A stretch of 36,972 nucleotides of DNA, taken from Reclinomonas americana ATCC 50394 (taxonomy: Eukaryota). The notes under the pieces were generated by a model. It made no database searches, was not told the DNA's origin, and saw only the letters and a program-made list of their open reading frames with translations. The stretch spans positions 181,538 through 218,509 of the forward strand of contig PS015120.1 of the NCBI GenBank assembly GCA_048213135.1. The letters are read 5' to 3'. This document shows positions 10,986 through 24,700 of this stretch, in pieces (the stretch's first letter is position 1; every line of letters begins with the position of its first letter). A program made the translations under genes and the position numbers.

Positions 10986-13550
10986 ATGCTCCGCACCGAG
11001 AGCGTGGCGTCGTCGCTGACCGGCGGATTACTCATCGGCTCTGTTGCGTTAGTCACGCTCTCTCCATCGTACATGATCTCACAGGATCATCGATCTTCAT
11101 CCAATAGGATAATGCAGCTCCAGTGGATCCACCAGATGCGCAGCCTGCATTCAAGGCATCGCAAGGCTGTGCCACTCGCACGGCGACTTGGCTGAGGCGA
11201 AAACTCAGGTGGTTGTTTGCAAGCGTACTTCTCATGCAACTGCGCGAGAAGATGCTCATTGCATGCGCGCATCCAAATTGACCAGGTCGCCGCTGCCATC
11301 TGAGCGACTTCCTGCCGATCTGCTGTTTATTGTGGGCGTTGGTATGATGTGCTCGATCATCGGGTGCGTCGCTCGCCTCTCATTTTGTTTCTCAAGCGAG
11401 ATATCGATGGTACTCACAAGTAGGATAAGTAGTGAATCCGCGGGCTACATTGCTGCGCGCACAGTCATACAACGAGCATCGACGAGCGCGTCTGTCGCGT
11501 GGCTGGCCGCTCAAGGCCCCTTCTCGTTCGTCACCAGTGTAGTTACATTCATGTCTGCCGTCACCACCAATGTCATCTCGCGAAGTGACGAGCGTGCTGA
11601 CGAGCGCCTCTGCAACTTTCGAGTCGGTGAGCTGTGCGGCTTGTCTTTTTGATGGCTTTGATCGGCAGTGTGGTCTTATCGGGGTGTAGGACGCGTCTTT
11701 CGTGCCATGATGCTGGCGGCGCTCGTTTCTGGTGCGCTGGTCATGGTCGTGTTTCTCCCGCTGCAGGCGCAGATCTTTGCGCTGTACGATCGAGCTGAGT
11801 ACTCTGACGCAGGTACTGCGGTGAGTGTTGCATCTAGCTCCGTGTCGCTTCGTACAGGTGCACAAGTTTTGACTCAAACACTCGGCTTCAGTATTGGCGC
11901 ATTCGCTCCGTCCTCTTCGTCTTCACCCCCATCAAATCGGTGATGGATGGGACGCTGCTGGGCACAGCACGGGCGATTGAATGTTTGTCGTGTACCTATG
12001 TTTTTTCCGAGTTCTCCATGCTCATGCTTTCGCGTAGGGGTTTGCGCGGAAACCGTCGGTCTCGTTGTGTTTCTGATCTTCGCACTGACGTTGCCGGAGC
12101 ATGTTGCGTCGTTGCTTGACGCGATATCGATCGAGCAGCCGCCTTCTCACGCTCTCTACATTATTGGCCACAGGTTGATCCTCTTGTGGGCTCTGCCATC
12201 GCGTTGCGTGAGAGATCTAGAGGGAAAGAGAAGCGTGGGAGTCAAGCGTTCACTCTTCCATCCATCAACGCAGAACGGTTGCGCTGGATATGGTCCCCGC
12301 TCTTCTCATGCTGGGTGTCATACTGCGAGAAGCTCCCCGGCAGCAGGTGTGGAACCAAAAAAGTGTTTCTCATGCGTGGGCTATCGCGAGCGCACTGATC
12401 GGGTGACTCGCCCGCAGTATGGCATTTTCAACTTCTCCGTGGCTTCCAAGATCAAACTCGCCGGCGACTCCAACTTGCTCAAGTTCTCGTTGCTGCACTG
12501 CAGCAAAGACACAATGTGCGTCAGATACGTCGCAGTTTGGTGTGAAGTGCTCCTAACCTCTTACCGCACAGCGAGGCCATTGTCAATTTTGTTGTCGGTT
12601 CGCTTTGTATAACAATGGCGCCAAATCTTGTCCTAACTGTGCCAGTGACTGAACCTTCGTCTCCGAATGTAGGCGTGTACACCGGTCAACTGTCAGTTTT
12701 GGTGTCCTTTGGAAGGTAGGTTGTGAACGAGAGTAGTGGTATGTGCACAAGCAACGAACAAAGTGACGCACTTTTGCAGCTCGGCATCGAGTACGCTGGC
12801 CGGTCTCATAGGCAGTTGCGTGTCATTTGGTGAATATGCTGACATGCACCTCGTCCCATGTAATGTCCACACGTGCAGTCGTGCCGTCGATCTTCGAGGA
12901 TTACGTGCTGGTGGTGGGCAGGTTAGTGCACGCTTACTCCTCCCTCTCACTTTGTGCAGCTTGGCTTTCTAACGTCCATCAACACAGTCGTCTGTCCGTG
13001 CGCACACGCTACGCATCCTTTATGTTTGTGCTGTACTTTTCATACGCGTGCTGCGTGGTCCTATTAGCTTTCGGCGTGGCACTGGCGTTTGGTGAGTATG
13101 GGCGTTTCTCGAGAGGTGATGATTTTCAGTCGTTCACGGTTCCTCACACTATCCAGGTGCCGACTTGTGGGAGACGGTGGGCGATCAAATGATCCCTCCG
13201 TCTCTGCTTTCGCAAGTGGTGCCCATTGCAAAGAGCCTGGTGCCGTACGTCTATGTCACGATGGTGCTATCTGGTGAGTTCATCGCGCACGAATGGGCGA
13301 TCGAGGAACGTTGTGTAGCAGCCGGCAGCTGACGAGTAATTGTGTACAGCATTCTCGACAATTACAAGAACAGCCTTCTTGTGTTATGTTCGCGATCTGT
13401 TGTCTCTCTCTTTGCAGCTGACAGTTCTTCCGACTCTAAACCCTTGTGTGTTCCAGATGTTCTATAGCGCAGTCACTGTTATCGACGTTAGCATTGTCGT
13501 GTGCACGACGCTGATGATCACATTGGTGAGCATGAGAGAGAGAGAGAGAG

Positions 13551-13587
<37 letters not shown>

Positions 13588-13946
13588 GTGTGGAGGGGGG
13601 TGTTATTGGCGTCGTCTTTCATCTTACGCGCACTCCCAGTTGTCGCGGTATGCGTTTAACGACTCATACATTGGAATGCTCGGTGTCGCGCCTCTCGCAC
13701 GCGAGGCTGTCACAACGTTGCGCCTGCTTCTGTGTCGTTCTCACACGGCTCTAGGTTGTGTGCACTGATCACCGACACAACAGCCTGGTCTTTGGCCTCC
13801 TGCTCCATCTGTGGCTCATGCCGCGCGTCAAAGCGGCTTGGCAGGCACGGAAAGACACAGATGAGGTGGACGGCATGCAGGAGCTGCCTGAGTTGTCGGC
13901 CACACTTCTGTCGCCAGAGGAGAAGGATTCTTCAAAGCAATCGTAG
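10986..13946 (+). CDS. MATE (DinF/DTX-like) multi-pass transporter, about 19 short introns
   Basis: Manual splicing gives one continuous hydrophobic ORF with MATE-like segments: FSFVTSVVTFMSAVTTNVISR, YWRIRSVLFVFTPIKSVMDGTLLG, VGSAIATVALD, GIVPSIFEDYVLVVGSRL. Stop TAG at 13944-13946. Confidence 0.7.
13534..13591. repeat. Intronic compound (GA)n(GT)n microsatellite
   Basis: Seen directly. Similar tracts near 5068-5152, 14697-14718, 19273-19298 and 35649-35699; several lie next to assembly gaps. Confidence 0.9.
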
Positions 13947-14278
13947 CATATTTGCCAACCGCATTTGGCCGATTGTCGGGAATCGGTAAAACTTGCTGTG
14001 TCTTGTGTTTGTTGCCAGCTGCTTTGCTTGCTTTGCGGATCCGGACCCGCCGGCTTTGCTTTGTTTCCCTGGCTTTGGCCCTCTGCCGACGACTGGATGT
14101 GTCGTGGCACATCGATCGCAGCATGGTTTCTCGTAGCTCGGATTTACCAATTGCAAACCAAACTGCAACGAGCTCGAGCTCTCCTCTGTAGCAATAGTTG
14201 GCACCATAGCTATAGAGAGACACAGCACATAACCGCTTCCGTTGTGCCCTCCCTGTCCTGCAGTCACCAAATCGCGCA

Positions 14279-14568
14279 ATGACGCGCCGACCATCGCTCC
14301 TCCTCCTCCTCTCCCTCCTCTTCTGCCTCTCCCTCTCCACACTGCTCGTGCACATCACCGCCGCTGCTCGCCCCTGTGACCTCCCTCCGCTCTCCACCAC
14401 CGCCGTGTGTGACCCCTCGAAGCCCATCAATGATCGCGTGAGTGCACTCATCGCGCAGCTGCTCACGGCGGAGAAGGCCGGTCTGTTTGTCAATGGAGCT
14501 GCCGGCATTCCGCGTCTCAACATCCCCGCCTATCAGTGGTGGAGCGAGGCGCTGCATGGTGTCGCAGA
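14279..14568 (+). CDS. GH3 beta-xylosidase/arabinofuranosidase, exon 1 with signal peptide
   Basis: MTRRPSLLLLLSLLFCLSLSTLLVHITAA signal peptide, then VCDPS..RVSALIAQL..GIPRLNIPAYQWWSEALHGVA. Donor GA|GTTGAGG at 14569. Confidence 0.95.
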
Positions 14569-15228
14569 GTTGAGGAGAGGGGAATGCATGCATGAGGGAT
14601 GATCAATTTCTCCGAACTCTCTCTTTCTCGTGTCTTCCTTCTTCCCTCTCTCAATGCGCCCGTTGTCACATGTCATCCTTCGTTGCTCTCTCTTGCCTCT
14701 CTCTCTCTCTCTCTCTCTGCCTCTCTATTTGCTTCGTGCNNNNNNNNNNNNNNNNNNNNNNNNNNNNNNNNNNNNNNNNNNNNNNNNNNNNNNNNNNNNN
14801 NNNNNNNNNNNNNNNNNNNNNNNNNNNNNNNNNNNNNNNNNNNNNNNNNNNNNNNNNNNNNNNNNNNNNNNNNNNNNNNNNNNNNNNNNNNNNNNNNNNN
14901 NNNNNNNNNNNNNNNNNNNNNNNNNNNNNNNNNNNNNNNNNNNNNNNNNNNNNNNNNNNNNNNNNNNNNNNNNNNNNNNNNNNNNNNNNNNNNNNNNNNN
15001 NNNNNNNNNNNNNNNNNNNNNNNNNNNNNNNNNNNNNNNNNNNNNNNNNNNNNNNNNNNNNNNNNNNNNNNNNNNNNNNNNNNNNNNNNNNNNNNNNNNN
15101 NNNNNNNNNNNNNNNNNNNNNNNNNNNNNNNNNNNNNNNNNNNNNNNNNNNNNNNNNNNNNNNNNNNNNNNNNNNNNNNNNNNNNNNNNNNNNGACGAAG
15201 AGAGTGCGTGCGTGACAAGGAAACACAC

Positions 15229-16343
15229 CGGAACTGAACGCGGAACAGGTTCGCCACATGCACATCGATCTCAGCCGTGGAGACGGCACCGTCCGTGATG
15301 GCCGGCATGAGGTATTTGTTGAAGAAGCCACCGCATTCGATCTGTCGTTGTCGATTGAGTCACATACGTTCTGGGAACAGGCTCACACACACTGCACGCA
15401 ACATCCATGCCGGCATACAGCGTGACCTGCAGGGAAGAGTCAAGAAATAGAAGAGAAATGAGGAGAAGCGAGTGCGGGTGCAAGAGGAGTGCCTCGCGTC
15501 ACACCTTGATGGTCTCATCCGTAGTCTTTGTGAACTTGTGCGCATACTGCACATCGTCGACTGCGCCACAATCGCTGGTGATGTAGCCGTCGAAGCCCCA
15601 CGTGTTGCGCGCCAGATCCGTCATGATGCGGCCATTGGCGCACGAAGGGATGCCGTTGACGGCATTGTAGGAGCACATGAGTGAGGAGACGCGACCACGC
15701 TGGATGCAGCCTTGGAAGGCGGGCAGGTAGGTGTCGGCCTGCGTGAGTAGACAAATGGTCAGTGATCCGCTGTGGAGTGCTGACACCTCGCTGAGCCTCA
15801 CCTCATCTTGCGCCGTGACAATGGCGTTGAAGTGGAAGCGGTCAGTGCCCTTCCAGTTCTCGAGGGAGTAGGCGTAGTAGTGCTTGCAGCAGGCGCTGGC
15901 CTTCAAGTGGCGCGGGTCCTCGCCTGTGTGGAACACAGAGGGATGAGGTCGCACACGAGTGCGGGCACAGTGTGTGTGACTGACTACACACCCTCCTGCA
16001 GTCCCGGCACAAAGCTAGCAGCATAGGCGGCGTTCATGAACGGGTCCTCGCCGGGCGTCTCCTGCCCGCGACCCCATCGCGGATCGCGAATGATGTTGAT
16101 GTTGGGTGTCTGTGCACACCACCACTGCTCAGCTGCAGCACGGCAGAGGACACACAACCACAATGCACACAAACCCAAAACGTGAGACCCGCATGACCGG
16201 CGTTGCTAAAGGCGCGCGCCTCGGTGGAGACCACCTGCCCGATGGCGTTGAAGAGGGTGGAGTTGAAGGAGGCGGCGGTCAGAATCACTTGCGGGAACGA
16301 GGTGGCGTTGGTGGTGGGAGCGTTGAAGGAGACGCCGGGGGAG
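15229..16343 (-). CDS. GH3 beta-xylosidase middle exons, on the opposite strand from the rest of the gene
   Basis: [79 protein letters not shown] (nucleophile Asp motif)..AGMDIECG..VQFR. Confidence 0.95.
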
Positions 16344-17389
16344 CTGAAAGGGGGGAGGAGGGGGGATGGAGGGTGAGGAGAAGAGAGAGACAAAGGAGAA
16401 GGGTGGCATGACAGCACCGGCAACTCTTACACGAAGCAAACAGAGAGAGAGAGAGAGAGAGAGTGGAGGCAGTNNNNNNNNNNNNNNNNNNNNNNNNNNN
16501 NNNNNNNNNNNNNNNNNNNNNNNNNNNNNNNNNNNNNNNNNNNNNNNNNNNNNNNNNNNNNNNNNNNNNNNNNNNNNNNNNNNNNNNNNNNNNNNNNNNN
16601 NNNNNNNNNNNNNNNNNNNNNNNNNNNNNNNNNNNNNNNNNNNNNNNNNNNNNNNNNNNNNNNNNNNNNNNNNNNNNNNNNNNNNNNNNNNNNNNNNNNN
16701 NNNNNNNNNNNNNNNNNNNNNNNNNNNNNNNNNNNNNNNNNNNNNNNNNNNNNNNNNNNNNNNNNNNNNNNNNNNNNNNNNNNNNNNNNNNNNNNNNNNN
16801 NNNNNNNNNNNNNNNNNNNNNNNNNNNNNNNNNNNNNNNNNNNNNNNNNNNNNNNNNNNNNNNNNNNNNNNNNNNNNNNNNNNNNNNNNNNNNNNNNNNN
16901 NNNNNNNNNNNNNNNNNNNNNNNNNNNNNNNNNNNNNNNNNNNNNNNNNNNNNNNNNNNNNNNNNNNNNNNNNNNNNNNNNNNNNNNNNNNNNNNNNNNN
17001 NNNNNNNNNNNNNNNNNNNNNNNNNNNNNNNNNNNNNNNNNNNNNNNNNNNNNNNNNNNNNNNNNNNNNNNNNNNNNNNNNNNNNNNNNNNNNNNNNNNN
17101 NNNNNNNNNNNNNNNNNNNNNNNNNNNNNNNNNNNNNNNNNNNNNNNNNNNNNNNNNNNNNNNNNNNNNNNNNNNNNNNNNNNNNNNNNNNNNNNNNNNN
17201 NNNNNNNNNNNNNNNNNNNNNNNNNNNNNNNNNNNNNNNNNNNNNNNNNNNNNNNNNNNNNNNNNNNNNNNNNNNNNNNNNNNNNNNNNNNNNNNNNNNN
17301 NNNNNNNNNNNNNNNNNNNNNNNNNNNNNNNNNNNNNNNNNNNNNNNNNNNNNNNNNNNNNNNNNNNNNNNNNNNNNCTCTTTCGCCAG

Positions 17390-19037
17390 CCTCGGCATGT
17401 TCGACCCCGTGCCCACACAACCGTACCTCAAGTACAACACCACCGTCATCGACACCAAGGCACACCGTGCCCTCGCCCTGGATGCAGCACGCGAGGGTAT
17501 CGTGCTGCTGAGGAATGATGCCGGCACGCTGCCGCTGTCGACTCGCATTATTCAAAGCGTGGCCGTGATCGGACCGAATGGCGATGCCACCACTGTTGCG
17601 TTGGCTCAGAGCTTGTTCATCGTGATGTTGGCTGGTGTGCTCATCGTGTGCGTGCAGACAATGCAAGGCAATTACGAAGGTGTCGCGCCGTTCCTCGTGT
17701 CTCCTTTTGCCGGTATCAGTGCGTACGCCCCACGCTCCACGTTCACCCGCGGCTGCAAGATCAGCGGCTCCGACAAGGGTGGCTTTTCGAGCGCACAGAC
17801 CGCAGCGTCGGTGGCCGATGCCACCGTCATTGTTGTTGGCCTCGATCAGTCGCAGGAGTCGGAAGGCAACGGTTTGTGAGACGAAGATCCTGATTCCGCA
17901 AAAGTTTTCCATAATTCTCAGTCACCTCCCCTGCTTTCACACAGACCGTGAGTCGATCGACCTTCCTGGTGGTGAGTGGCCTCGCAGAATGTTGCTTCAG
18001 CACGGTACTAGGTGATCACTATGCTCTTCTTCCCTCGTGCAGTGCAAAATGACCTGATCACCGCCGTCGCGTCGTCGTCTCGCGGACCTGTCATTGTGGT
18101 GGTGATGGCCGGCGGTTCTGTGGATCTCACCGTCGCCAAGACCTCCAGCAAGGTGTCGGCGATTCTGTGGGTTGGCTATCCCGGACAGGTGTGTGTGTGT
18201 GCGGGAATGGGAAAGCGAGTGACTCTGCGGCTGGTGACCTAATGATTGCGGTGTGGTGTGCAGAGTGGTGGCACTGCTCTGGCTGACATTTTGTTTGGCA
18301 CGGTGCGTCGACGTGTTTTGATGCAGTTCTTTTCTTGCCCTCACCATCCCCCTGCGCAGGTCAATCCCTCCGGCAGGATGCCGTACACCATGTACCCGGC
18401 CGCGTACACCTCGCAAGTATCCATGTTGGATGTTGCGTTAGATGTCATTATCTCAGTCTCCTTCCCTCTCCTCACGCTGTTGCCACCCTCCCTGCAGATG
18501 AACATGCGTCCAGGTACGAACAATCCCGGCCGCACGTACCGCTTCTACACTGGCGCGCCAGTGTACGCGTTCGGCTTTGGCCTCTCCTACACCACCTTTA
18601 CGTACACGAGCGCGGCGGCACGACGAGGTGGCCTGCAGGTGTCCTACGAGACGGTGGCGGACTACGCGCGCAAAGCGCACGACCGCGGCCACTACCTGCC
18701 GCCGCTGCCGTCCAGTCCAGAGTTTTCGCCCGTCGGCACCGTCTCCGTGACGGTGACCAACACTGGCAAGGTGGCCGGCGCTGTCTCGGTCCTCGGTTTC
18801 TTGGTTCCTCCAAGCCCAGGTGTCAACGGTGCTCCGCTGAAGTCGCTGATCGGCTTCGGCAAGGTGTTCCTGCAGCCGGGCCAGTCGCAGTCGTACTCCT
18901 TCGGCATCCAGGCACACGATCTCACCATTGTCGACTCGACTGGCGAGCGCGCCGCCGTGCAAGGCGAGTGGACCTTTGTCGTAAACCCGTCAGACGAGGG
19001 CTCTGAGACGAGCCGGACGCCGATCCTGGTCCACTGA
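17390..19037 (+). CDS. GH3 beta-xylosidase C-terminal domain and Fn3-like domain
   Basis: LGMFDP..AAREGIVLLRN..VAVIGPN..VVGLDQSQESEGNDRESIDLPG..ILWVGYPGQSGG..NPSGRMP..PGRTYRFYTG..FGFGLSYTTF..VTVTNTG..LIGFGKVFLQPG. Stop TGA ends at 19037. Confidence 0.96.
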
Positions 19038-19128
19038 GAGGGTGAGGCAATACAATGCAATTTATTTGTCCCATGACGTCACTTTCGTGTCTGCACGCCC
19101 AATTGAAGTTGATCTGCGCGCGCAAGAC

Positions 19129-21692
19129 ATGTCCGACACCCCCACACTCCTCACCATCCACACGCACTTCTTTCTCTTTGATGTGTGTGAGCGCATTTCT
19201 CTTCTGGCGCCTCCGTTCGCCGCGCAGCGGTACGTGCATGCCGAGAGACAACAGGTGTGTGTACAGCAAAAGAAGAGAGAGAGAGAGAGAGAGAGAGAGG
19301 AAGAATGGTGCTAACTAGTCTGCACACTGCACAGGCATTTGCAGAGTGCGTCTCTCGTGCACTTCCTCGTGCCGTACCACAGCTGCTCCGCCGATCGAAC
19401 CCTCGGTTGGAGCCCTCGTGCACTCTCAGCGCATCCTTCCGTGTCTCACCATGCTGACTCGCAGTTTCACTCAAGTCGGCTGTGCCTACGTGTCAAACAA
19501 TGCCGGCGACGCGCAACCGGTGGCCGTCGTCCAGCCGCTGACCAGCGTCAACCCGCACATGCTGGCCGTGGCCATGAGAGACACGCGACCGCGAGTGGCC
19601 GAGCCGACATCCACAGTGCGCGCTCCTTCTGTACCCACTCCCGAGTGTGCGGCGCTGCGAAAGGTCAACTCAGTTACTCACTCAGTATCGTCCGATCGCA
19701 CGCCGTCCACTCAAACGCATATCAACACCGCACACCGCAGGTGACGACGCACATTCGACGGCATCGCGAGGTTTCGTTGGAGACACTGCATTTGGACGCC
19801 AGTGAGACGGCACGCACCGACCACGTGACGCTTGCACTGCTCGACCCGTTCCTCACCACTGCCGCAATCGACGCACTGGTCGACGAAGCCGAGCAAATGT
19901 TCGAGGCCAACATGGTGCTGCGCGTGATCGGCGTGCGCAACGACCAGCTGCTCGACATGGAGCTGGACACCATCGGTGCGGCACCGGGCACGCCAGCGAC
20001 GGCCACCGAAGCGTGGGCGCGGCTGGTCGACCGACTGGCCACAGTGCCGAGTTGTACATGCCACCTGGTCGGCCTCGGTCAGTGGGCGGGGTCCTAAAAT
20101 CGCTGCGCGCCGCACGATACTGACTGCGAGTGTTTGGCAGACGAGGATGAAATCGGCGACCTGTTGCGCGTATGCTGCCAGGAAACTGTGGGACCCGACG
20201 ACACTCAGCTCGAGCAGCGCAGCATTGAGGTGGTCCTGAGTGGCGACGGTGAGCTCACTCCACACCTCCCTCTTCCTGTTCCTCTATTCTGATTCCTCCT
20301 CAGTGTCTCTCACCGGCACTCTCGTGGACTGCATGTGCCGCACTACCGATCTCTACACGCGGCGCATCTGCAACTGCCACGACGTGCCCACCAACTGTCA
20401 GCTGAGCGGCGCGCAAATCTGCAGCGTGTCCAACCACTACATCTCACCACAAGACGGCTTTCGCGAAGTCGTGGACTTTGCTGGCCTGCTGTACGACGCA
20501 GCGGAGAGAGAGGGCCAGCATGCCGCTCATGCTGACGGTTGCACACTGCACGTAGTCGGCGTGTGTCCACTCGATTCCATCGCGACCAGTTCGATATTTG
20601 GCACGGTTCGCCGTCTCCAGCTCAGCCTCTCCACCTGTGTGCGCTCTTACACGTGTGTAAATGTCGTGCAGCCGCGCATGCTGGTGCCGTGCAACACTGT
20701 TGCCGACCTCGATCCCATCGACATGGATGTTGATCGGCCTCAGCGAGACGACAGTACCGAATTGCTGCGTGCGCTGCACAGCCACCTCCTGCAAAAGGTG
20801 TGACTGTGGAAAACTCTCACGTACGGTGGTGGCGAAATGACTTACTGAACACGGCGAACAGCAATGTGCGCTCATTCTTCGCGGCATCACCAGCTACCGC
20901 GATCTGCAGGTGTGGCCACTGGTCGACGTCGCCACTACCACCACCACCGCCACCACTTCTTCCAGTCGAGCAGGACGATCAGCTGCGGCCGACATGGCGG
21001 CGAACAGTGTCTTTCACGTGGCCGTGCCGGTGGAGACACACGTCGCCCTGTGTCTGCATGTTACGTAGCTGGGGGAGATAGCGTGAAAGCGAAGCTAATG
21101 ACAGTCTCGTAACAGCGCATTGTGCACGACCAAATCATGAACGACTCGCTGTCCGGCGCACCTCAGTATGACTGCGACCATGAGGTGGACGACGTGGCGC
21201 AGCACGCCATCGGCACGGTGCTGGAGCAGGTGAGGCGGCAGCGCGGTCCCCACTCACCTGTCCTCCCGCTATCCGTCACTTACCAGTGATGCAGTTCCCA
21301 GCAGAACCCTACTCCCCACTGAAGCTGCGTGCTGGCTGCGTGGGCACTGCCGTCCGCCGCCCGCCTCTGGTGAGCAATCGCGGTACTGCTCCACCGCACG
21401 CTGTCCCTGCTCCTGCTGCTGCTCGTCAGCCTCCCCCGCCGATCGCCGCACCCGTGGTCACGCCCGCCAGCAGTGGACGCGGCAGGTGGCCGTGCTGCTG
21501 TTCACCGCTGCACAGATTCTTCGTAACTCACCATTCGCATGCTTTCACAGAAAAATCCAGCGCATTGCCAAACTCTCCACCGGAGCCCCCGCCGCAGCAC
21601 CTTCGCGTGGCAAGAAGGCACCAAAGCAGCAGCAACCACAGCAGTCAGCAACAGTCACAAATGCCCCTGCACTGCAGCTTCGCAGCAAGTGA
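19129..21692 (+). CDS. M1AP (meiosis 1 arrest protein)-like protein
   Basis: Spliced segments follow the order of M1AP C-terminal motifs as I recall them: LHVVGVCPLDSIATSSIFGTPRMLVP, ELLRALHSHLLQK, SVFHVAVP..LCLHRIVHDQIM, IGTVLEQFPAEPYSPL. N-terminal HFFLFDV resembles the first strand of a vWA-like fold. Assigned by eye. Confidence 0.55.
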
Positions 21693-21762
21693 AGTTACCG
21701 CACCGAAAAGAGCTGCAAGAAAAAGTAAACACATGACACACATGCAAACAATGTACACTACA

Positions 21763-24700
21763 CTACCGTGATCCAACAGCATTGGCTACCAGGGCTTCGG
21801 GACAAAACACAGACCGCGTTCTATCGTACGCCGAATCACTAACTTGCGAGGTCTCATCGGTGAGGTCCGAGTGCCCAGGGGCCGCATCGCCAGCCACCAT
21901 GGACGAGAACTTTTCGGCATGCCTGCTCATGCGATCGAGACGATCTGGTCTCTCGCCACGCACGATACCGATTCGACTCAATTCGCCATTCGTGTGTTGC
22001 AGCCACACATCGATCAGTGTCGCTGTGCGGCGAATGTGTGAGCATGTCAAAATACGATGAAAGATGATGACACGCAAGCGCGCAACATCGAAGGAATCCC
22101 TCGGGCGTGAGATTCGCGCTCGGGCGGGTCAGCTTGCGAGTAATGTGTCGAATGGAGCGCAACAAATGCAGACGTGCTTGACTCGTCTCCATCACCTTGA
22201 GGGAGAGCATGCTGAGATCACAGAAGCACCAAGACAGCCAGGCTGCATGTATGTACACACACCATTTCGCACAACTCCGAAAACGTGTCCACGGGATTGG
22301 CCAGCCCCATCAAACTGTTGGCCTCTTGCTCCGTCGCACTCCGACCTCCCAGCGATTGATAAACATCAGCGAGATCAATGCACTGGACGTAGAATAACGA
22401 ATGATCGGCAAGTTACTGGGGGCACAGTTGACCGGCGACACTCTCTCGTACCATGACCAACACCGTGTCCAGGGAGTGCCGCATCAGACTGGTGGCCGAC
22501 TTCAGATCCTGTTTGATGGCCGACGTCAGTGGTGGGTGCGTGGCAGCAAACGGCGAGTCGCCGAGGTCGTCGTCGTCGCGCAAAAGGGTTTTCCTCTGCA
22601 ATGGGAGACCAAGTTAGTCCACGCCGTGTCGACCTGTCTCACTTCCTTCCTTCGCTAGCTGCTTACCAGTGGTGGTGGAGTTGGTTTCATGTTGTTCATG
22701 ATGCGATTGATTTCGCCAACAGCCCAGAAATTTGGTCGACGCCCGAGATGCTGTGTTAATGTTTGATAAGTCAGCAGATAGATATCACGGAAACACGCTG
22801 CAATCGTCTACACCGTACCGTCTCCGTCTTGGGCAAATCCAACGATGCGGCGTACTGCTTGGCCAGAGCCTCGGCCGAGCCGCCAACATTGCTGAGCAGC
22901 ACTAGGTCCTCCAACTCTTGCTGCTGCATCTGCAAGATCTCAATCATGAGCTCCTTGTCCGCCGAGTGGGCACTGAACCTGTTCATCGCCTCCGTGTACT
23001 CGCTGCGAGCACGATCCTGCACAGCGAAAAAGATGTTTGTCAGCAGAAAAACCAGCACAAGGTGAGGCATTTTTTCGACTCACTCGCGGAGAGATCACAG
23101 GCACTCGCGCCAGCTCATCGCCACTGTCCTCCACCAGCGAGTCATCATCATACTCATCATCGTCATGATCGCCAACTGCATATTCGTGACTGTCGTCGTC
23201 ATCGTCGGCTCCGTCCCCTCCGTCCGCGTAGTGTACATGCCGCGAGCCACCAGCTGCTGCTGCAGCTGCTGCCCCATGCCCTCCCTCGCCTGCCACTCCA
23301 GTACCCCCAACAGGCACAGCACCGGCTCCTCCGTGTCGTGGAGCGCCGGCCCCTCCACGACGAGCTGGCGTCTCCGGTCCCTGATCACCAAAGAACTCCA
23401 ANNNNNNNNNNNNNNNNNNNNTGGTTTCGATATGTGGTAGCGCCACTTGCTGGCTCCCTCCTCGGGCTGCGCCATGGGCAGCGGCGGAATGGGGTCCGGG
23501 TGCACGTCGGCCAGCAGCGCGTCCACCTCGGGCAACGGCTGACCGAATTCATCCAGCGGCTCAGGTTCGTCAATGTCGGACACGGTGCTCTCGTCGGCAT
23601 AGTACACGAGAGGAGCGAGGTGCTTGGTAGTGCCTGCCGACGCAGTACGTACGGTGAGAAGCAACAGAATTGAGGTACATCGTCACGCACACAGACCTGC
23701 AGATGATCCATTCGATGACGCCGAATGTCGTCGTCCGGACGATGGTGGCTCCTGCAGACTGGACCGACTGTTGGATTGCGCGGGTTGTGGTGGCGGCAGT
23801 GGTGCCTGCCGTGATGGAGCACCTGGTCGATCGCCAATCACCACAGCCTGTGAGGCGAATGCGCGAGGTGGTGTGGTAGCGCGCGNNNNNNNNNNNNNNN
23901 NNNNNNNNNNNNNNNNNNNNNNNNNNNNNNNNNNNNNNNNNNNNNNNNNNNNNNNNNNNNNNNNNNNNNNNNNNNNNNNNNNNNNNNNNNNNNNNNNNNN
24001 NNNNNNNNNNNNNNNNNNNNNNNNNNNNNNNNNNNNNNNNNNNNNNNNNNNNNNNNNNNNNNNNNNNNNNNNNNNNNNNNNNNNNNNNNNNNNNNNNNNN
24101 NNNNNNNNNNNNNNNNNNNNNNNNNNNNNNNNNNNNNNNNNNNNNNNNNNNNNNNNNNNNNNNNNNNNNNNNNNNNNNNNNNNNNNNNNNNNNNNNNNNN
24201 NNNNNNNNNNNNNNNNNNNNNNNNNNNNNNNNNNNNNNNNNNNNNNNNNNNNNNNNNNNNNNNNNNNNNNNNNNNNNNNNNNNNNNNNNNNNNNNNNNNN
24301 NNNNNNNNNNNNNNNNNNNNNNNNNNNNNNNNNNNNNNNNNNNNNNNNNNNNNNNNNNNNNNNNNNNNNNNNNNNNNNNNNNNNNNNNNNNNNNNNNNNN
24401 NNNNNNNNNNNNNNNNNNNNNNNNNNNNNNNNNNNNNNNNNNNNNNNNNNNNNNNNNNNNNNNNNNNNNNNNNNNNNNNNNNNNNNNNNNNNNNNNNNNN
24501 NNNNNNNNNNNNNNNNNNNNNNNNNNNNNNNNNNNNNNNNNNNNNNNNNNNNNNNNNNNNNNNNNNNNNNNNNNNNNNNNNNNNNNNNNNNNNNNNNNNN
24601 NNNNNNNNNNNNNNNNNNNNNNNNNNNNNNNNNNNNNNNNNNNNNNNNNNNNNNNNNNNNNNNNNNNNNNNNNNNNNNNCAGGACCAGCAATAGCAGCCG

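Noticed and set aside
16206-17912. Long ORFs in the track that span N runs (also 2450-4010 and 23570-25325)
   Set aside because: Artefacts of translating gaps as X.
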